Part shown: positions 61,205 through 64,000 of the stretch, piece by piece
How positions within the stretch are numbered: the first letter of the stretch is position 1
How the letters are laid out: every line of letters starts with the position of its first letter
NCBI RefSeq assembly: GCF_020745735.1
Contig: NC_083417.1
Span: forward strand, 75,950,001-76,014,000
Origin: Hemiscyllium ocellatum
Taxonomy: Eukaryota
Reading direction: 5' to 3'
Length of the DNA: 64,000 nucleotides
Notes under the pieces: model-generated
What the model saw: only the letters and a program-made list of their open reading frames with translations
The model's database searches: none
What the model was told of the DNA's origin: nothing
Position numbers and translations under genes: made by a program

Positions 61205-64000
61205 GCAAGGAACCAAGCTATCAGTTAAAGTGTGTCTGCTTTAACGCAAGTAGTATCAGGAATAAAAGTAACAAACTTAGAGCATGGATCAGTACCTGGT
61301 GCTATGATGTTTTGACCATAACACAGACATGGGTTTCTTGGCGGGGGGGGGGGGGGGGGGGGGGGGGGAGGGGGAGGGGGAGTGTAGGAAAATTTGCTGA
61401 ATGTTCAAGGGTTCAGAGCATTTAAAAAGAATAAGGATGGGGAGAGGAGGGGGTGTAGCACTACTAATCAGAGAGGGTATCACAGCTACAGAAGCTTCCA
61501 TTTTTGAGGAAGATCTGCCTTCTGAGTCAGTACAGTTGGAACTTAGGAACAGCAAGGGAGCAGTTACGTCTTTATCGGTTTACTACAGGCCCCCCCCAAT
61601 AACAGCATAGAGATGAAGAAAGCATAGATTGGCAGAATTTGGAAAAGTGTGGACGTAGTAGGGTTGTTGTAATGACTTTAACTTTCCCAATATTGATTGG
61701 AACCTCCTTTGAGCAGAAGATTTGAATGGAGCAGTTTTTGTAAGGTGTGTTCAGGAGGGTTTCCTAACTCAGTACGTTGACACGCCGACGAGAGGAGAGG
61801 TCATTCTAGACTTAGTGCTCGGAAACGAGCCGGGGCAGGTATCAGATGCTGTGGTGAGAGAGCATTTTGGTGATAGTGACGAAAACTGCCTCACATTCTA
61901 CATAGCTATGTAGAAAGAGAGGATTTGGCAAAATGGGAGGATAATTAATTGGGGAAGAGGAAACTATAATGCGATCAGACATGAGTTAGGAAGCATGGAT
62001 TGGGAGCAATTGTTCCATGGTAAAGGCACTATCGACATGTGGAGACTGTTTAAAGAACAGTTATTGCAAGTGATGAATAAATATGTGTCTCTGAGACAGG
62101 CAAGCAATAGTAAGATAAAGGAACCTTGGATGACGAGAGCTGTGGAGCTTCTCGTCAAAAGGAAAAAGGTCGCTTACATAAGGTGGAGGAAGCTAGGGTC
62201 AAGCTCAGCTCTGCAGGATTACAGGAAGGCGAGGAAGGAGCTTAAAAGTGGTCTGAGAGCCAGGAGGGGGCACGAGAAAGGCTTGGCAGAACGGATTAGG
62301 GAGAACCCAAAGGCATTTTACACTTATGTGAGGAAAAAGAGAATGGTCAAAGAAAGAGTAGGGCCGATCAGGGATAGCATAGAGAATTTGTATGTGGAGT
62401 CTGAGGAGGTAGAGGAAACCCTAAATTAGTTTTTTTGCTTCTGTTTCGACAAAAGAAATGAACTTTGTAGTGAATGAAACCTTAGAAAAGAAGATGTGCA
62501 TGTTGAAATGGATAGAGATAGAGGAAGCTGATGTGCTGAAAATTTTGTCAAACATTAAGATTGACAAGTCGCCAGGCCCGGACCAGATTTGTCCTCGGAT
62601 GCTTTAGGAAATGAGAAATGCAATTGCTTCGCCACTTGCGAAGATCTTTTCATCCTCGTTCTCCACTGGAGTCGTACCTGATTCTGGAGAGAGGCAAATG
62701 TTTTTCATCTCTTCAAAAAAGGAAATAGGGAAATCCCCAGCAATCACGGAACAGTAAGTCTCACGTCTGTCGTCTGCAAGGTGTTAGAAAGGACTCTGAG
62801 GGATAGGATTTATGACCATCTGGAAGAGTATGGCTTGATTAAATGCAGTCAACACGGCTTTGTGAGGGGCAGGTCATGCTTTACAAACTTTATCGAGTTC
62901 TTTGAGTATGTGACTAGAAAAGTTGATGAGGTGTGGATGTGGTGTATATGGTCTTCAGCAAGTCATTTGATAAGGTTTCCCTAGTAGACTCATTCATAAG
63001 GTCAGGAGGAATGGGATTCAGGGGAACATAGCTGTCTGGATACAGAATTGGCTGGCCAACGGAAGGCAGCGAGTGTTAGTAGAAGGAAAATATTCTGCCT
63101 GGAAGTCTGTGGTGATTGGTGTTCCACAGGGCTCTATCCTTGGGCCTCTATAGTTTGTAATTTTTATTATTGACTTGGATGAGGCGATTGAAGGATGGGT
63201 CAGCAAGTTTTCAGATGACACAAAGGTTGGAGGTATCGTTAACAGTATATAGGATTGTTGTAGGCTTCAGCGGGACATTGACAGGATGCAGAGATGGGCT
63301 GAGAGGTGGCAAATGGAGTTCAAACTGGATAAATAGGAGATGATGCATTTTGGAATGTCGAATTTGAAAACTGAGTACAGGAATAAGTTTAGGGTTCTTG
63401 GCAGTGTGGAGGAACAGAGGGATCGTGGGGTGCAGGTTCATAGATCCCTTTAAAATGGCCAGTCAAGTGGACAGGGATGTTAAGAAAGCATATGGTGTTT
63501 TGGCTTTCATTAACAGGGGGATTGAGTTTAAGAGTAGTGACGTCTTGTTGCAGCTCTATAAAACTTTGCTTAGATCGCATTTGGAATTCTGCGTCCAGTT
63601 CTGGTCGTCCTATTATAAGAAAGATGTGGATGCTTTGGAGAGGGTTCAGGGGAGGTTTACCAGGATTCTGCCTGGACTCGAGGGCTTATCTTATGAGGAG
63701 AGGTGGACTGAGCTCGGACTATTTTCATTGGAGAAAAGGAGGAGAAGAGGCGACCTAATTGATGTATACAAGATAATGAGAGGCAGAGATAGAGTCGATA
63801 GCCAGAGACTATTTCCCATGGCAGAAGTGACTAACACAAAGGGTCATAGTTTTAAGCTGTTTGGAGGAAAGTATAGAGGGGATGTCAGAGGCGGGTTCTT
63901 TACACAGAGAGTTGTGAGCATGGAATGCGTTTCCAGCAGCAGTTGTGGAGGCAAGGTCATTGGGGAAATTTAAGAGACTCCTAGAAATCCATATGGTCAC
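61205..64000 (+). mobile_element. Near-full-length CR1 ORF2 (APE + tether + RT), frameshifted, runs off the window
   Basis: LKCVCFNASSIRNK..; GEVILDLVLGNEPGQV..GDSD; SQHGFVRGRSCFTN; SKFSDDTKVGG; ORF 63398-63973. Confidence 0.95.
61342..61382 (+). repeat. Poly-G / G-rich run inside the CR1 endonuclease
   Basis: Over 20 consecutive G, followed by GAGGGGGAGGGGG. Confidence 0.85.

Overview
Eukaryotic, repeat-dense DNA from a cartilaginous fish. The HE1/V-SINE subfamily with (TAATC)n tails, HER1/CR1 LINEs and Penelope elements suggest a carpet or bamboo shark (inference). Most of the window is decayed retroelements: CR1, L2, Tx1, RTE-like, Penelope and tRNA-derived SINEs. It also holds Tigger remnants, a probable solo LTR, a 42-bp minisatellite and a ~2.8-kb 32-bp CTG-rich satellite. 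I found no intact protein-coding gene; nearly all ORFs in the supplied track are repeat-derived or chance. Between the repeats lie decayed host-gene relics: (i) a three-exon Ig C1-set / TM(Arg) / cytoplasmic receptor relic at 15.8-17.5 kb; (ii) a C2H2 zinc-finger pseudogene at 40.1-40.6 kb; (iii) a candidate TM + tail exon pair at 48.2-48.7 kb; (iv) a candidate leader + V-set exon at 56.1-57.0 kb. The most unusual repeat structures are hammerhead-ribozyme-like cores in Penelope termini, ~190-bp palindromic mini-elements centred on those cores (three related inserts lie inside the satellite), and a 4.8-kb head-to-head Penelope pair with a twin-priming-like junction. All family assignments are by eye, not by database search, and repeat boundaries are approximate (about +/-30 bp).
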